DNA of 64,000 bases from Octopus vulgaris (GCA_951406725.2 OX597816.1:17608001-17672000); one strand, 5' to 3'. Counted from the first letter of the stretch, positions 1 through 13,525 are shown. Numbers and translations are program-made. The notes: generated by a model not told the origin, from the sequence alone.

Positions 1-859
1 CCTTGGGTCGATTCGTGCTTTTGAGTGAAATTGGGAAAACCGGAAATTGTACGGAAGCTCGTTGTATTACCGAGGCCAACAAAAATTTCTTTTCGTTGTT
101 ATCAAAACATTTGAACCCGAACTAGAAATATTTTAACGCACAGAATTCAAATATGATATCCATTTATGCACCATCATGTCAAGATTTTGAGATACTGGAT
201 CAATAGATTTTCATTTCAATAAAACAGGCATAACATACAAGGATACTTAAAAATTGGTTTTTCTTCAAAACTAATATTTTTTTTTTTAAATTCTACTGAA
301 AAACCAGTAAAAATCCCCAAAATTCTAGAAATTACATCATTGTAATTACCTAAGAATTTGCTTCTGGATGATTTTCTTGGGTGCATAATTAATCATATAA
401 TTAAAAAAAAGTCTAGCTTTGTAGCTCACTGTATCTCATTGCCCAATGATACGCGCATCTATGGAGTACTCAGCCAGTTATTCAACAATTCGGTGAGGAG
501 GTAGATCTGTTGATCAAATAATTGAACCCCGATCGCAGGATACCCGTCTTCTTTTCTAATTATATAAACCTAGGTTTGAACCACGAATCTAACTTTCGTC
601 TTGTCTTTACGAAGATTATATTCACAATTTGTACAGCCTCGTTAGGCACCTGGGTCGTTGAGCTCTACCATGTTACGGCCATTCGTAATTACTTAATTAT
701 AACCATGTGGACTACTTAATTACTTTCTTAGATATATGACTAAATATATTTTCTTTCCTGCGTTTGGCATTATTCTGCACCCAGTGGTGAGGCTCCAGCT
801 CAGGCGTTCTGGAGCTGTGGAGAGGGTGGAGTTATCTCTTCATTACCATCACTCCCAGA

Positions 860-1078
860 TTCGCTGGCAGAATCGTTAGCATGCCGGGCGAAATGCTTTG
901 CGGTATTACGTCTGCCGCTACGTTCTGAGTTCAAATTCCGCCGAAGTCGACTTTGCCTTTCATCTTTTCGGGGTCGATTAAATAAGTACCAGTTACGCAC
1001 TGGGGTCGATATAATCAACTCAATCCGTTTGTCTGTCCTTCTTTGTCCCCTCTGTTTAGCTCCTTGTAAAGAAATCGG
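860..1078 (+). mobile_element. tRNA-derived SINE family A (tail A)
   Basis: Head gctggcagaatcgttagc, B-box-like gagttcaaattcc, central gtcgactttgcctttcatc..gggtcgattaaataagtaccag, tail ttgtcccctctgtttagc..taaagaaat; >15 copies in window. Confidence 0.85.
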
Positions 1079-1461
1079 TATATCTATCAGGGTCCCATCT
1101 AAGGGTTAAAAAGATTTTTGTAAGGGTAGCTTGAACTCCGTAGCTGCAGTGGAAGCAAACAATTTAAGAGATGGAAAATTCCAAAATTTATATCCTCAAC
1201 CAACATGCCCTAAGCCAGTACGGAAGAGTATGACTATTTAAACTAACATGAGGTATGTCCGATTACACAGTCATACTATAGAGGCAATTTTCTCATGCTA
1301 GTGCACATTCTGTCGCAGGCGGAGGTAGCAGGAAGTGGTGATAATTTCTTAACATATGTGACAGAGTAGCTTACGATTTCTGTAATTAATTTACATGTCA
1401 GCGTAAAGCTGGAAAGCCATGGCAGATTGAGGAAAGCGTTAGGTTAGAAAAAAGTCTTGTT

Positions 1462-1632
1462 GCATTGTAACATTCTTTTAGAAGGAAAATAGTTTATTAA
1501 TTGAGAAGAGGTTAAAAATGATATCGAGTCCTTGTTTTGAGGCCCGAAGAAGTTTACGCTTGAAGGATCGACAATTTAAGTACATAAGGATTATATTATC
1601 AATTATGAGGGGAGTTAGTATCTTGATTAAAT
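1462..1632 (+). pseudogene. Highly decayed mariner transposase C-terminal fragment
   Basis: Reads SLEGK*FIN*EEVKNDIES..PEEVY, like the mariner segment after the third catalytic Asp; stops and frameshifts present. Confidence 0.45.
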
Positions 1633-2477
1633 ATATAAAAAAAAAACGATTTAGAGCAAAGGAGAATTTGTTTCTTTCCCCATCGTGAAATGCTGCAAAG
1701 CTTTCTTTCTACTTTCTTTCTAACCTATCATATAACAGCCGTTATGCAATCAAATAAGAACAAAAACTAGAAAGAAGAGAAAGAAGAAGGAAAGCAATAT
1801 AGATAAGGAACTGCTACATGTTGCTGTTGTTGCAAATTCTTTTTTGTAGTCGCCATGAATTTGGTCTCTGATTGTATCAAACACTCAACAAAAGATAATT
1901 TTAAACCGCCGGTCTGTTTCGATTCACAGCTCAAAAGTATTAGATTCAAGGTCTAGAATTTCTCTTGAAACAAACTTGGCATGTTAATATAAAATGATTT
2001 ACTACTGTGCTTTATGTATGTTTGAAAAATGACATTTCGTACTTATCTCGATACATGTTGCTATGAACTAATGTGATAATTGTTCTCGGTCTTTTGGTTA
2101 CTAAGATCAAAGTGTTGCATATTGTTGTTACAGGGTCCGAGGTCAGCGTTGATAGAGTCAAGCTATGATCAAAGGCGTGCCAAACGTAGCCATTCCGTGT
2201 TTTATTCGGTCATGCTGTAATTAATACATCATTATCTAACATGCCTTTCCTTTTTTTGCTAGCGCTAATGTACGATTGCAAAATTAGCTGATATTTCTCG
2301 AAACGCTTTCATTCGCTCAATATGGGTTTTCTGAAGGGATATATTTATTGTTTCCGTGCGTGTACTGGCTTCAGTCATTCAACTGCATCCGTTCTAGGGC
2401 TCAGCCTTCAGTGGTTGTAGGCGATCAAATTGACTCGAATACTTATTTCAATCTGGTGTTTGTTTTACTAATAATAT

Positions 2478-2640
2478 AGACGCAGGCGTGGGTGTCTAGT
2501 AACAAGTTTGCTTGCTAGTCACATGGCTTCGGTTCGGTCCTACTGCATGACACCTTGGGGCAAGTGTCTTCTATTATAGCCAGAACTGGCCAAAGCCTTC
2601 TGAAGAGGATTTGGTAGACGGAAACTGAAGGATGCTCGTC

Positions 2641-2645
<5 letters not shown>
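2478..2645 (+). mobile_element. SINE family B (CORE-type), 5' half
   Basis: tRNA-like head plus caccttggggcaagtgtcttcta CORE-like motif, ending in (TA)n. Confidence 0.75.
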
Positions 2646-2730
<85 letters not shown>

Positions 2731-2756
2731 CATATATGTGCGCGTGTGTGTGTGTG

Positions 2757-3060
2757 TGAAGGTGCATGGCTCAGTGGTTAGACCCTCAAGCTTACGATCG
2801 TGAGGTTGTGAGTTCGATTTCCGGACCGGGCTGCGTGTTGTGTTCTTGAGCAGGACACTTTATTTCCCGTTGCTCCAGTTCATCAGCTGTAGAAATCAGT
2901 TGCGACATCACTGGTGCGAAGCTGTATCGGCCATTGCCTTTCCCTTGGATAACATCAGTGGTGTGGAGAGGGGAGGCTGGTATGCATGGGTGACTGCTGG
3001 CCTTCCATAAAAATCCTTGCCCGGACTTGTGTCGTGAAAGGCCTGGCTGGAGACAATCCT
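2757..3060 (+). mobile_element. SINE family D (tRNA head, CORE-like)
   Basis: A box tggctcagtggt, B box gagttcgatt, ttcttgagcaggacactt; homologous to 14087-14432 and 24930-25220. Confidence 0.85.
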
Positions 3061-3162
3061 GAGTTCTTTTAGAAGGTTCAGAAAAACAGGACTACTAAAA
3101 GATGTGTGTGAATATGAGAGGGGAATGTGTTGAATAGAATGATAATATATATATATTATATA

Positions 3163-3198
<36 letters not shown>

Positions 3199-3239
3199 CA
3201 AAGTGGAGTTGTAAGGTACCGCACGAGTGGAATTATATA

Positions 3240-3400
3240 TGAAAGAAGGTTTGAAAATACAATTTTAAAAGATGTTTATTTACCTGATCGGATTCACTTA
3301 TTCAGAAAAAGATTGACAAAAGTAAAATGTAAAAGCTTTGTTGTGGTAGGCACTGGTTGACACAAAATATTACAATATATGTATACATTCTTTGATAAAA
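3240..3400. repeat. Dispersed unclassified repeat (second copy 59080-59240)
   Basis: gaaagaaggtttgaaaat.caattttaaa...caaaagtaaaatgtaaaa...ctggttg.cacaaaatat shared; both copies follow TA-rich sequence. Confidence 0.7.
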
Positions 3401-3869
3401 ATAAGAACATGTTAAAAACAGTTTACAAGGGAAAATCTTGGGAAAATATAAAAACGTTTAACAAGTTCATTAAAATATTGGGCACAAAAGATTACAATAT
3501 ATATATACATTCTTAAGAAAATGTTAAAAACAGTTTACAGAAAGAATTATTAAAAAGTTCAGAGGAATATTGGTATTGTATCTGTATATATATACACAGA
3601 AAATTATAAGTTCAAAAAGGTTACATTTTAGTAGTATAGTTTTAACTGACCTGATTCACCATATTGTCGTAAAAGACTATATATATATATATATAACTTT
3701 GAATAGTGTTCACTTCCGGATTCTCTCTGTGAAAGTTTCTAGTTCGAATCACACGTGTCTCGAGATGTGCCGAAGATTTTCTATTTTGGATATATTTGGG
3801 GTACTTAGGTCTGCTCGGGACTTAGTGCTTGCTTTTTCCATGGGTATGAGTAAGTATTTCACTTATATC

Positions 3870-3945
3870 CCACGTATTTATCTCTGAAGAGGGGAAAATT
3901 CTTATGAATTAACCCCGAAATTGGACCAATACGGTAATAACGGAT
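3870..3945 (+). ncRNA. Hammerhead ribozyme-like motif in a (TA)n-flanked element (about 3695-4067)
   Basis: CUGAAGA (3884-3890), stem II GGGG..AAUUC-UUAU-GAAUU..CCCC, GAAA (3917-3920), near-palindromic stem III UUGGACCAA, then UA; stem I only partial. Confidence 0.6.
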
Positions 3946-4066
3946 TTTTTAGAAATTTCTATCGGTTTGTTTCGAGGCGCATAAATTATAATGGTTATTG
4001 ACAATTTTTGTCTTTTTTTCGGCATATTTGGCATTAGAATTTTTCTTTTGCCCTTATCTTGTAAAT

Positions 4067-4121
<55 letters not shown>

Positions 4122-4294
4122 CAGTTTTAATAAAATCCGAGATGGAATGTGTAATAGATTTTATATTAATACTGTTACTCCAAAGGCCACATCGAAGTTC
4201 CTGCTATAAATCTACAGATAACAACAGGTAATCGATCCTGTGCCGGTACTTTACTCATCACCAATTTATACATTTTGTATAATTTCTCCATTAT

Positions 4295-4530
4295 ATACTT
4301 ATACATATGCATAATGCATGGTGACTTTATAGAAAGAAGTCCCATAAAACTCGTCAATTTATTTAAAAATGGAGGAGACAAGTTGTTAAAATATATAAGA
4401 AGTTTAATATATAATAAGTTGAAACTTCTAATATATTTTAACAACTTGTCTCCTCCATTTTACAATAAATTGATGAGTTTTATGGGACTTGTCTCCATAT
4501 ATTCACCATACATTATATACAAGTATTACT
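4295..4530. repeat. Long imperfect palindrome (~110-bp arms, short loop)
   Basis: agtcccataaaactcgtcaatttattt..aaaatggaggagacaagttgttaaaatatat.agaagttt is matched by its reverse complement immediately downstream. Confidence 0.9.
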
Positions 4531-4651
4531 TTCATATCTTCGATAATTTACGCCTGTAAACTACCAGCAAAATAAGAAGAACCATCATTAAAAATGTCTT
4601 TTGGAAACCTCCGAAATTAAAGGACGAATCTACATTCAAGTCTTTTATACC

Positions 4652-4698
<47 letters not shown>

Positions 4699-4754
4699 AC
4701 ACACACAACACACACACTCGCACATAATATAAAACATATATATATATCTCATAT

Positions 4755-5072
4755 GCTTTTCTACTCTAGGCACAAAGCCCGAAATTTTGGCGGAGGGGCC
4801 AGTGGATTAGATCGATCCCAGTACGTAACTGGTGCTTAATTTATTGACCTTGAAAGGATGAAATGCAAAGTCAATTTAGAGACGAAATATCGCTAAGCAT
4901 TTCGGCTGATGTGCTAACGCTTCTTTTTTCTTTATTGCCCACAAGGGGCTAAACATGGAGGGGACAAACAAGGACAGAAAAAGGGATAAAGTCGATTACA
5001 TCGTCTCCAGTGCGTAACTGGTACTTAATTTATCGACCTCGAAAAGTTGGAAGCCAATGTCGACATCGGCGG
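4755..5072 (-). mobile_element. SINE family A dimer (tail-A unit joined to tail-B unit)
   Basis: Two central domains; junction aataaagaaaaa|agaagcgttagc on minus strand near 4920. Confidence 0.8.
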
Positions 5073-5130
<58 letters not shown>

Positions 5131-5152
5131 TGTATGTATGTATGTATGTATG

Positions 5153-5215
<63 letters not shown>

Positions 5216-5430
5216 ATATAAACATACATACATATATACATTGTTTTCAAAGAAAGAATAAAAGAATTTGACTAATACTGAATACAAATTTACCCATATA
5301 TCAAAATTCTTTACTTTCAAGTATTTTTTCGTTCCGATATTTGTCATTTATAGAAGAAAATTGAAGTTAATTTAATTTAGTTTTTCTTTAGTTTCGTGTA
5401 AGCTATGCAGGTCATATTATTTGTCTTATA

Positions 5431-5512
<82 letters not shown>

Positions 5513-6048
5513 CATACACATTCGACAATTTATTTACTTTGGAAAAGAGTCGATGGCTGCTGCTAGAGAGCAACTAATTATAGTTCGGTACGAAAAAGAA
5601 AAGACAAAAAGGTTTTTTTCTTTAATTAAAACAACATTGGTTTTTCACAGTTTTCATAAAGACGCAAAGTGCTAAACTGATTCGCGAGAACTGAGAAGAA
5701 TAATTACAGAATAATATTTTAAAAGTTTGTATTCAGCTCTGTTATAAAAATTGACAGATTGACAAAGTAATTTAAAGTACTTAGGATGTTGCATTAACAC
5801 CAATTAAGTAAGGTTGCATGCGATGACAAGTGGTATATTTCAGAAATATATGGTAGACACATATACACGCACACACTCAGACACACACACATACATACAC
5901 ATACACGCGCGTGCACATATATATATATATGTGTATGCATGCATATATATATATAATTAGTGTACATTTAACACATAAGAGGTGATTTGACAGGACCCTA
6001 GCACGCTAGAAGAACCAGAAAAATCAAATCTACGTTTAGGGGTAAGCG

Positions 6049-6122
<74 letters not shown>

Positions 6123-6864
6123 TATACAAGCGAAGAGTGCAAACGCTCATCATATCAGTCAGAGTTGTATTTATTAAGTAACACGTTGACACATTTCCTC
6201 TTGTTTCCGAAGGTTTCGTTCGCTTAAAACTCTGTCCATCTCTTCAGATACTATATATAATTACAGCATATCCACAAAACATTGGAAAAGCCAAATGATT
6301 TAGAAGACGAAGCTAAAACATTCCTTTCAAGAAATGCTGAGATTTGAAAGCTTAGACATAAAAATTAACGTTCTCAGTTTTCTTGAGAGGAATAACTGAT
6401 AAGTTAAAGATAGATTCTTTTCTGTGATACGTGTACAAATTCCGAATGTTTAGTATATTTACGGAATTTTTCTAAGATTAGAATATAAACTTAGCATAGC
6501 TTGTTATTTTTTACGGCATTAAATTGTATATGTCTTATTTAAAATTATGAATATATGAATACATTTTCCTTATTTAGAATTCCAGTCAGATTAAAGATAA
6601 TGTAATTTCCTTAAGGGCAAAGATTCCTTTTCAGTTTTACGATATTCTATCACATTATGCATCGTAGTTTCCTTTAGATTAGCGAACACATGCACACACA
6701 AAGACACGAATGTACACAGAGACACACAAACACGCATGCGCATATAAATATAATTTATTCTTCTCGTTGATTTATTGAGATTGTTTCAGACGATATATGC
6801 ACACAGACACACAAACATATACATACATACACACACAAACACACAGGTACATAGATATAGCTAC

Positions 6865-7175
6865 TAGCACTCCGCCTGTTAAGATGACGGGTGCTACAGT
6901 TCATCCGAAGAACCTGCTCGTGAAATAAACTTGCAAATGTTTGAGCACTCTTCAGACATACGTACCCTTAACATAGTTCTCAAGGACATTCAGCGTGACA
7001 CACAATGTGGCAAGGCTGTCCCTTTGAAATACGGGTATTACTCACTTTTGCCAATTGAGTAGGATGGAAGGAATGTGATATAAAGTCTCTTGCTTAAGGA
7101 CACAGTGCGCGGCCAGATATGGTGCTCATGACCTTACAATCGTGACCCGCATAAGCAAACCACAAAGCCATACAA
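6865..7175 (-). mobile_element. Degenerate SINE family C
   Basis: cctgctcgtgaaat..gtacccttaac.tagttctc..ttcagcgtgacaca matches 16088-16453. Confidence 0.7.
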
Positions 7176-7335
7176 GCACACAGAGAACAGACACACACAT
7201 GCACACACATACACACATACACAGAAGCTTACATACACATCTACATGGATACATTCATATATACATGCATATATACATATATACATATATGCGTACATAC
7301 ATAGATATATGTATGCATACATGAATGCATACACA

Positions 7336-7379
<44 letters not shown>

Positions 7380-7560
7380 TGGTAAGAATGGTAAGACAAC
7401 AAAAGAAAGAAAGAGACCTCGATATTATGTAAATAGAGGAATTTATCAGTGAATGTAATACGTGACAATTATTCGGTAGCCAAAATATAACTCTGAGTTT
7501 CGGACGCGGAGGTGGAAATCCACCTTCAGTTATCCGGCCATCGGAAAAACGCTATGAAAA
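7380..7560 (-). mobile_element. Small (TA)n-embedded element with hammerhead-like motif (copy 39336-39510)
   Basis: ~170 bp shared with 39336-39510; minus strand tggccggataa-ctgaag..ccgaaactcagagtt; part of the core deleted in this copy. Confidence 0.6.
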
Positions 7561-7887
7561 ATGACCGTTATACAAAGGGAAATTACTGTGTTATTGACCG
7601 CTATTTAGACAAAAGAGCTATTCGAATGACCGCTAATTAAGCTAAGTGGGTAAAATGTTCATAGTATTCGCGTAAGCGCGTCTGTTCATACCTACACATG
7701 TGCGCCCGAAACACAGGTGTATATATATGTATATATATAGTATATGTATATAAGAATTCTTTCCGTAATGTGATAAAAAACCAAGGCTGTGTAGATATTA
7801 GAACATTTATAGATAGAAGGTAATTCATAGTTTAGATAGGATACAAAATAGAAAGTGAGGTGGAGGAAAGAAACTAGATGAAAGATA

Positions 7888-7967
<80 letters not shown>

Positions 7968-8261
7968 AATATAATAAAAAAAGGGTAATAACATAGATTA
8001 CTACCAGTGGCCCAGCACAAAAGACGAATTAGTCATTAGACACAATATTATTCATATAGAAAAATATTATTCATATAGAAATATAATTAAGGGCTCCTAA
8101 ATAAGGATGCTAAGTGCTAGGGACACAAAAAGGGATAAATTCATCGAGAGTGAAAATCAAAAACATTTACCATTAACGATATATCCCGGACTGATCAGTT
8201 TCTACCTCTTTCTAGCAAAACAGACATATATATATATATTATAACTTGAATTCCTCTACAT

Positions 8262-8735
8262 ATAAAATAACTGGAAGAGGTATCTGGATGACTGCTTCAT
8301 TCTTTGGCATGAAAGTGTAGAGAGACTTAAAGAATTCCAAGCCCTTCTGAATGGACTTGACATAAACATTCAATCTACGATGGAATATAGCCACCAACAA
8401 CTTCCATTCTTCAACATAATCATCAAGAAATCCAACAACAAAATAGAAACAGACATCTACTATAAGCCCGCGGACTCCCAGTAATATCGTTCCATTCATG
8501 CCAGCCCAGACACACTAGAAGAAATATCCTCTTCAACCTGGCAAAACGGATTTGTACTATACAAGCACTAGGGACACACGACTATATGAGCTAAAGGATA
8601 TACTCATCAGCAGGATCTGCTCACCGTCACTAATTGATATAGGCTTTCAACGTGCACTACAACTCAACAACCACGAACTCAGACACCCCTTACAACTAAA
8701 AGCTCTACCATAAATATCCACACACAACCCGCTTA
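8262..8735 (+). pseudogene. Penelope-like element reverse transcriptase fragment
   Basis: NWKRYLDDCFILW...LNGLDINIQSTMEYSHQQLPFFNIIIKKSNNKIETDIYYKPADSQ*Y gives PLE RT motifs WxRYxDD, LPFLD-like and TDIYxKPT-like. Confidence 0.85.
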
Positions 8736-9134
8736 ACAAGGAAGCCTTCGACACCAAGCTCCAGCACATAGGTGTGTGTGAATGCGCACGTGTGGGTGTG
8801 CGTGTGCATATTTCTGTTTATGGTACCTTGTAAATAAGTACTCAGACATTGAAATACTTATGGTCAAACCGTCGGCCACTAAAGGCACGGGAAAATGTTT
8901 TCTAGTATGTAGAATGTACTCCTTCGGGGACAAGAACATGCTTGTTAAATGGAAAAAAGAAAAATGGCGGACTTCCTTATGGATCAACACTCAATACTGC
9001 ATATTGCCCTCTCAACTTTGAAGTACTCCCTTCTATCGGACTCGCAAGCGGAACAGCCTATTCCGTCGATTTTGTAACGGTCTCGCTGAATTATAAACAT
9101 ACATACATACATACATACATACACACACACGCAG

Positions 9135-9560
<426 letters not shown>

Positions 9561-9660
9561 ATATATATATATGTGTGTGTATATGTATATGCATATGAAT
9601 ATGCATATGTATATATGTATATACTTATATGCATATATATGTATATATATATATATATAC

Positions 9661-9893
9661 ATATCTGAAAAACCTTCATGGAGTAGGAGTAGATGTTTTC
9701 AAGAAACAACTTGATCTGCTGTCCAAGGTCCACGATGAACCTGTATCACAGCAAGAGACTCCAAAGAGGGCAGCTGTGTCGAGCTCACTCCCTCATAAAA
9801 AACAATCTCTTAAGAATTGCTCCTGAAAAGGTGATGACACTGGCAGTGCTCCAGCATGGCTACAGTTTTTGGGCTGTAACATAAACGAAAAGA
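9661..9893 (+). mobile_element. CR1/L2-like LINE 3' end
   Basis: LKNLHGVGVDVFKKQLDLLSKVHDEP..RAAVSSSL resembles a CR1-group ORF2 C-terminus (FKxxLD..VPDEP), followed by a short 3' UTR. Confidence 0.7.
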
Positions 9894-10028
9894 AATGAGG
9901 AATATGAGTGTATGCATGTATGCATGTACGTATGTATGTATGTATGTATGTATGTATGAATGCATGCATGTATGTATGTATGTATGTATGTATGTATGTA
10001 TGTATGTATGTATCTATATATCTATCTG

Positions 10029-10118
<90 letters not shown>

Positions 10119-10128
10119 CATCTATTTG

Positions 10129-10613
<485 letters not shown>

Positions 10614-10615
<2 letters not shown>

Positions 10616-12465
10616 CGCGGACGACACGTGTCTGCATACGCGGACGACGTCACCGTCATAGTGTCTAGCCACGAGCACATCGAGCAGGTCGGCGAGACAC
10701 TGAAAAACTACGAAGCGGTGACAGGAGCGAAAATCAACCGGGAAAAGTCAGTGGGCTTGCGACTAGGCACCTGGAGAAGCAAGCCCATGCCGTCCACCAG
10801 CGCCTCCGTCGTGGGACGCTGGACCGACGGCCCGGTTGAGTTGCTCGGGGTCTGGTTTGGTCCGGACCTCCAAGTGGAGAAGAACTGGAACGAGATAACG
10901 AGTAGGGTGGTCACTCTCGCCCGGCAATGGGCCGAGAGGAAACTGTCCCTAAAAGGTCGGGCGGAGGTGGCGAACACGTACATCGCGTCCGTCATCTACT
11001 ACCGCCTGACCGTCGTGCCTTGTCCCGACCCTACCATCACCAAACTACAACGCATTCTCTTTCGCTTCTTGTGGAAAGGATGCGTCCCGATGGTCAGGCG
11101 ATCCAATTGCTGTCAACACCCGTTAAAAGGAGGACTGTGCATGCCGTGGTTGATGATGCGCAGACACGCGCTGAGACTGCGACATCTCTGGCTCTATGTA
11201 GACGACGGTGAACAGGTGTGGTCGCCGTTTGTGAGGCACGCTTTCCCGCAGCTCGTCTCCATGACCGAACTGCAGTCGTGGATCAAAAAGAGGCCGAGGA
11301 AGGGCGTATGGCACCGCGAGTGTCGCGTTGCTCTCAAGCAACTCTGCCGTCCTGGGTCGACCTTGAGTGACTTCATCACAACCAAAGCATTCTATAGGGG
11401 ATTAGTGGAGGGGAGGTACGACGACGAGCTCAGGGCGAACCTGGACGTCGACGAGGAGTACCTGACCCGCCTATTCGGGACGACTTTCGGGCCAGGGCCC
11501 ATGGACAACTTCCAGAGATCCCTGGCCTGGCAGTGCTACCGAGAAGCGCTACCCGTTCGGGATAAGCTCTACAGACACGGCTCGAGAAACACGGGGCCGA
11601 CCTGCCCAAGATGCGGTCAGACCTGTGGGCTTATGTCGAACAACTGCTGTCACGTGTGGGACGAGTCGGTTTATCAGCTGAGTCTATCGTCAATATTGTC
11701 ACGCCTCCTTCTTTCAAACGGGAAGGAAGAGCTATTTTCATCACCCTTGTGGCTATGGTGAAAGAATGTATCTGGTGGACGCGTCTGAAAGGATTGGAGA
11801 CAAACACTTTCCTCTCTGGTCAATCTCTCATCAACTTCTTCAAGTACCACTTGAAAAGGAAAGTGAGAGTAGAGAGGCAAGTTTTCTCTAGCGAATGTTT
11901 TAAAAAAAGATGGGTGAATGTAGCAAGGATGGCACGTATGAATGACGAAGCCACCTTGAGCATAACCCTATGAACCCAGAAATTGAAAACAGAGGGTTAC
12001 CCACTTGCAAACAAATGTGGTAACATATAACAATATTGACCAAGGTTACCGTGGTCTTTTTCGTAGGCTTTTCTTCCCACGGATAAACCTTACTTGCTTT
12101 CCCCTTTACACCATATATCATAACACTGTGATACACGATTCCTATTGATCGTTTTTTTTCCTCTTCCCCATTTTTTCCCCTTTTTTCTTCCTTTTTCATT
12201 TCTCTTTTCTTTTGTTCCTTTTCCTTTTCTTTTTTTTTCTTTTTCTTTTTTTATTTTTTATAATTTTTTTATTTATTTATTTTTTATTTTTTTATTTTTT
12301 TTGTTTTTTTCTTTCCTTTTACGATCCCTCTTGATCGAAAACCTACGCCACCCCCTTTTTTTTTGTTTCTTTTGTTTTTTGTTTTTTTCATCCTCCAAAA
12401 GAAAAGCTCTACCTTGTAAACTTGTCCCATCTGTGTGCAGCCCTGTGTGGCCAATAAAGAAACTT
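10614..12465 (+). mobile_element. 5'-truncated Tx1/L1-clade non-LTR retrotransposon, copy B (ORF2 RT C-half, zinc knuckle, 3'UTR)
   Basis: SAYADDVTV, GAKINREKS, LLGVWFG, W..RKLSLKGR, RFLWKG, PLKGGL, LPVRDKL, CPRCG; frameshifting deletion near 11620; ORF ends 11973; GC-rich against its flanks. Confidence 0.93.
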
Positions 12466-12474
12466 ACCTATCTG

Positions 12475-12543
<69 letters not shown>

Positions 12544-12546
<3 letters not shown>

Positions 12547-13122
12547 CTTCAAGTACCACTTGAAAAGGAAAGTGAGAGTAGAGAGGCAAGTTTTGTCTAG
12601 CGAATGTTTTAAAAAAAGATGGGTGAATGTAGCAAGGATGGCACGTACGAATGACGAAGCCACCTTGAGCATAATCCTATGAACCCAGAAATTGAAAATA
12701 GAGGGTTACCCACTTGCAAACAAATGTGGTAACATATAACAATATTGACCAAGGTTACCGTGGTCTTTTTCGTTGGCTTTTCTTCCCACGGATAAACCTT
12801 ACTTGCTTTCCCCTTTACACCATATATCGTAACACTGTGATACACGATCCCTATTGATCGTTCTTTTTTTCCTCTTCCCCTTTTTTCCCCTTTTCCTTTT
12901 CTTTTTTTTTCTTTTTATTCTTTTTATTCTTTTTATTTATTCAATTTTTTTTTGTTTTTGTTCTTTTCTTCCCTTTTACGATCCCTCTTGATCGAAAACC
13001 TACGCCACCCCCTTTTTTTTTGTTTCTTTTTTTTTTTTTTTTTTCCATCCTCCAAAAGAAAAGCTCTACCTTGTAAACTTGTCCCATCTGTGTGCAGCCC
13101 TGTGTGGCCAATAAAGAAACTT
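12544..13122 (+). mobile_element. Tx1/L1-clade LINE, 5'-truncated copy C
   Basis: Near-identical to 11836-12465 with scattered substitutions; same 3' terminus. Confidence 0.92.
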
Positions 13123-13148
13123 ACCTATCTGTCTATCTATCTATCTAC

Positions 13149-13312
<164 letters not shown>

Positions 13313-13317
13313 AGAAT

Positions 13318-13525
13318 AACACAGAGAGGACAAACAAGGAAAGACAAACGGATTAAGTCGATTATATCGACCCCAGTGCGTAACTGGTACTTATTCAATC
13401 GACCCCCCAAAGGATGAAAAGCAAAATCGACCTCGGCTGAATTTGAACTCAGAACGTATCAGCAGACGAAATACGGCTAGGCATTTCGCCCGGCTTGCTA
13501 ACGTTTCTACCAGCTTGCCGCCTTC
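13318..13525 (-). mobile_element. SINE family A
   Basis: Full head and central domain; tail abuts the (TATC)n array. Confidence 0.85.

Noticed and set aside
6200-6252. Minus-strand CUGAAGA..GAAA hammerhead candidate
   Set aside because: Could not build convincing stems I and II
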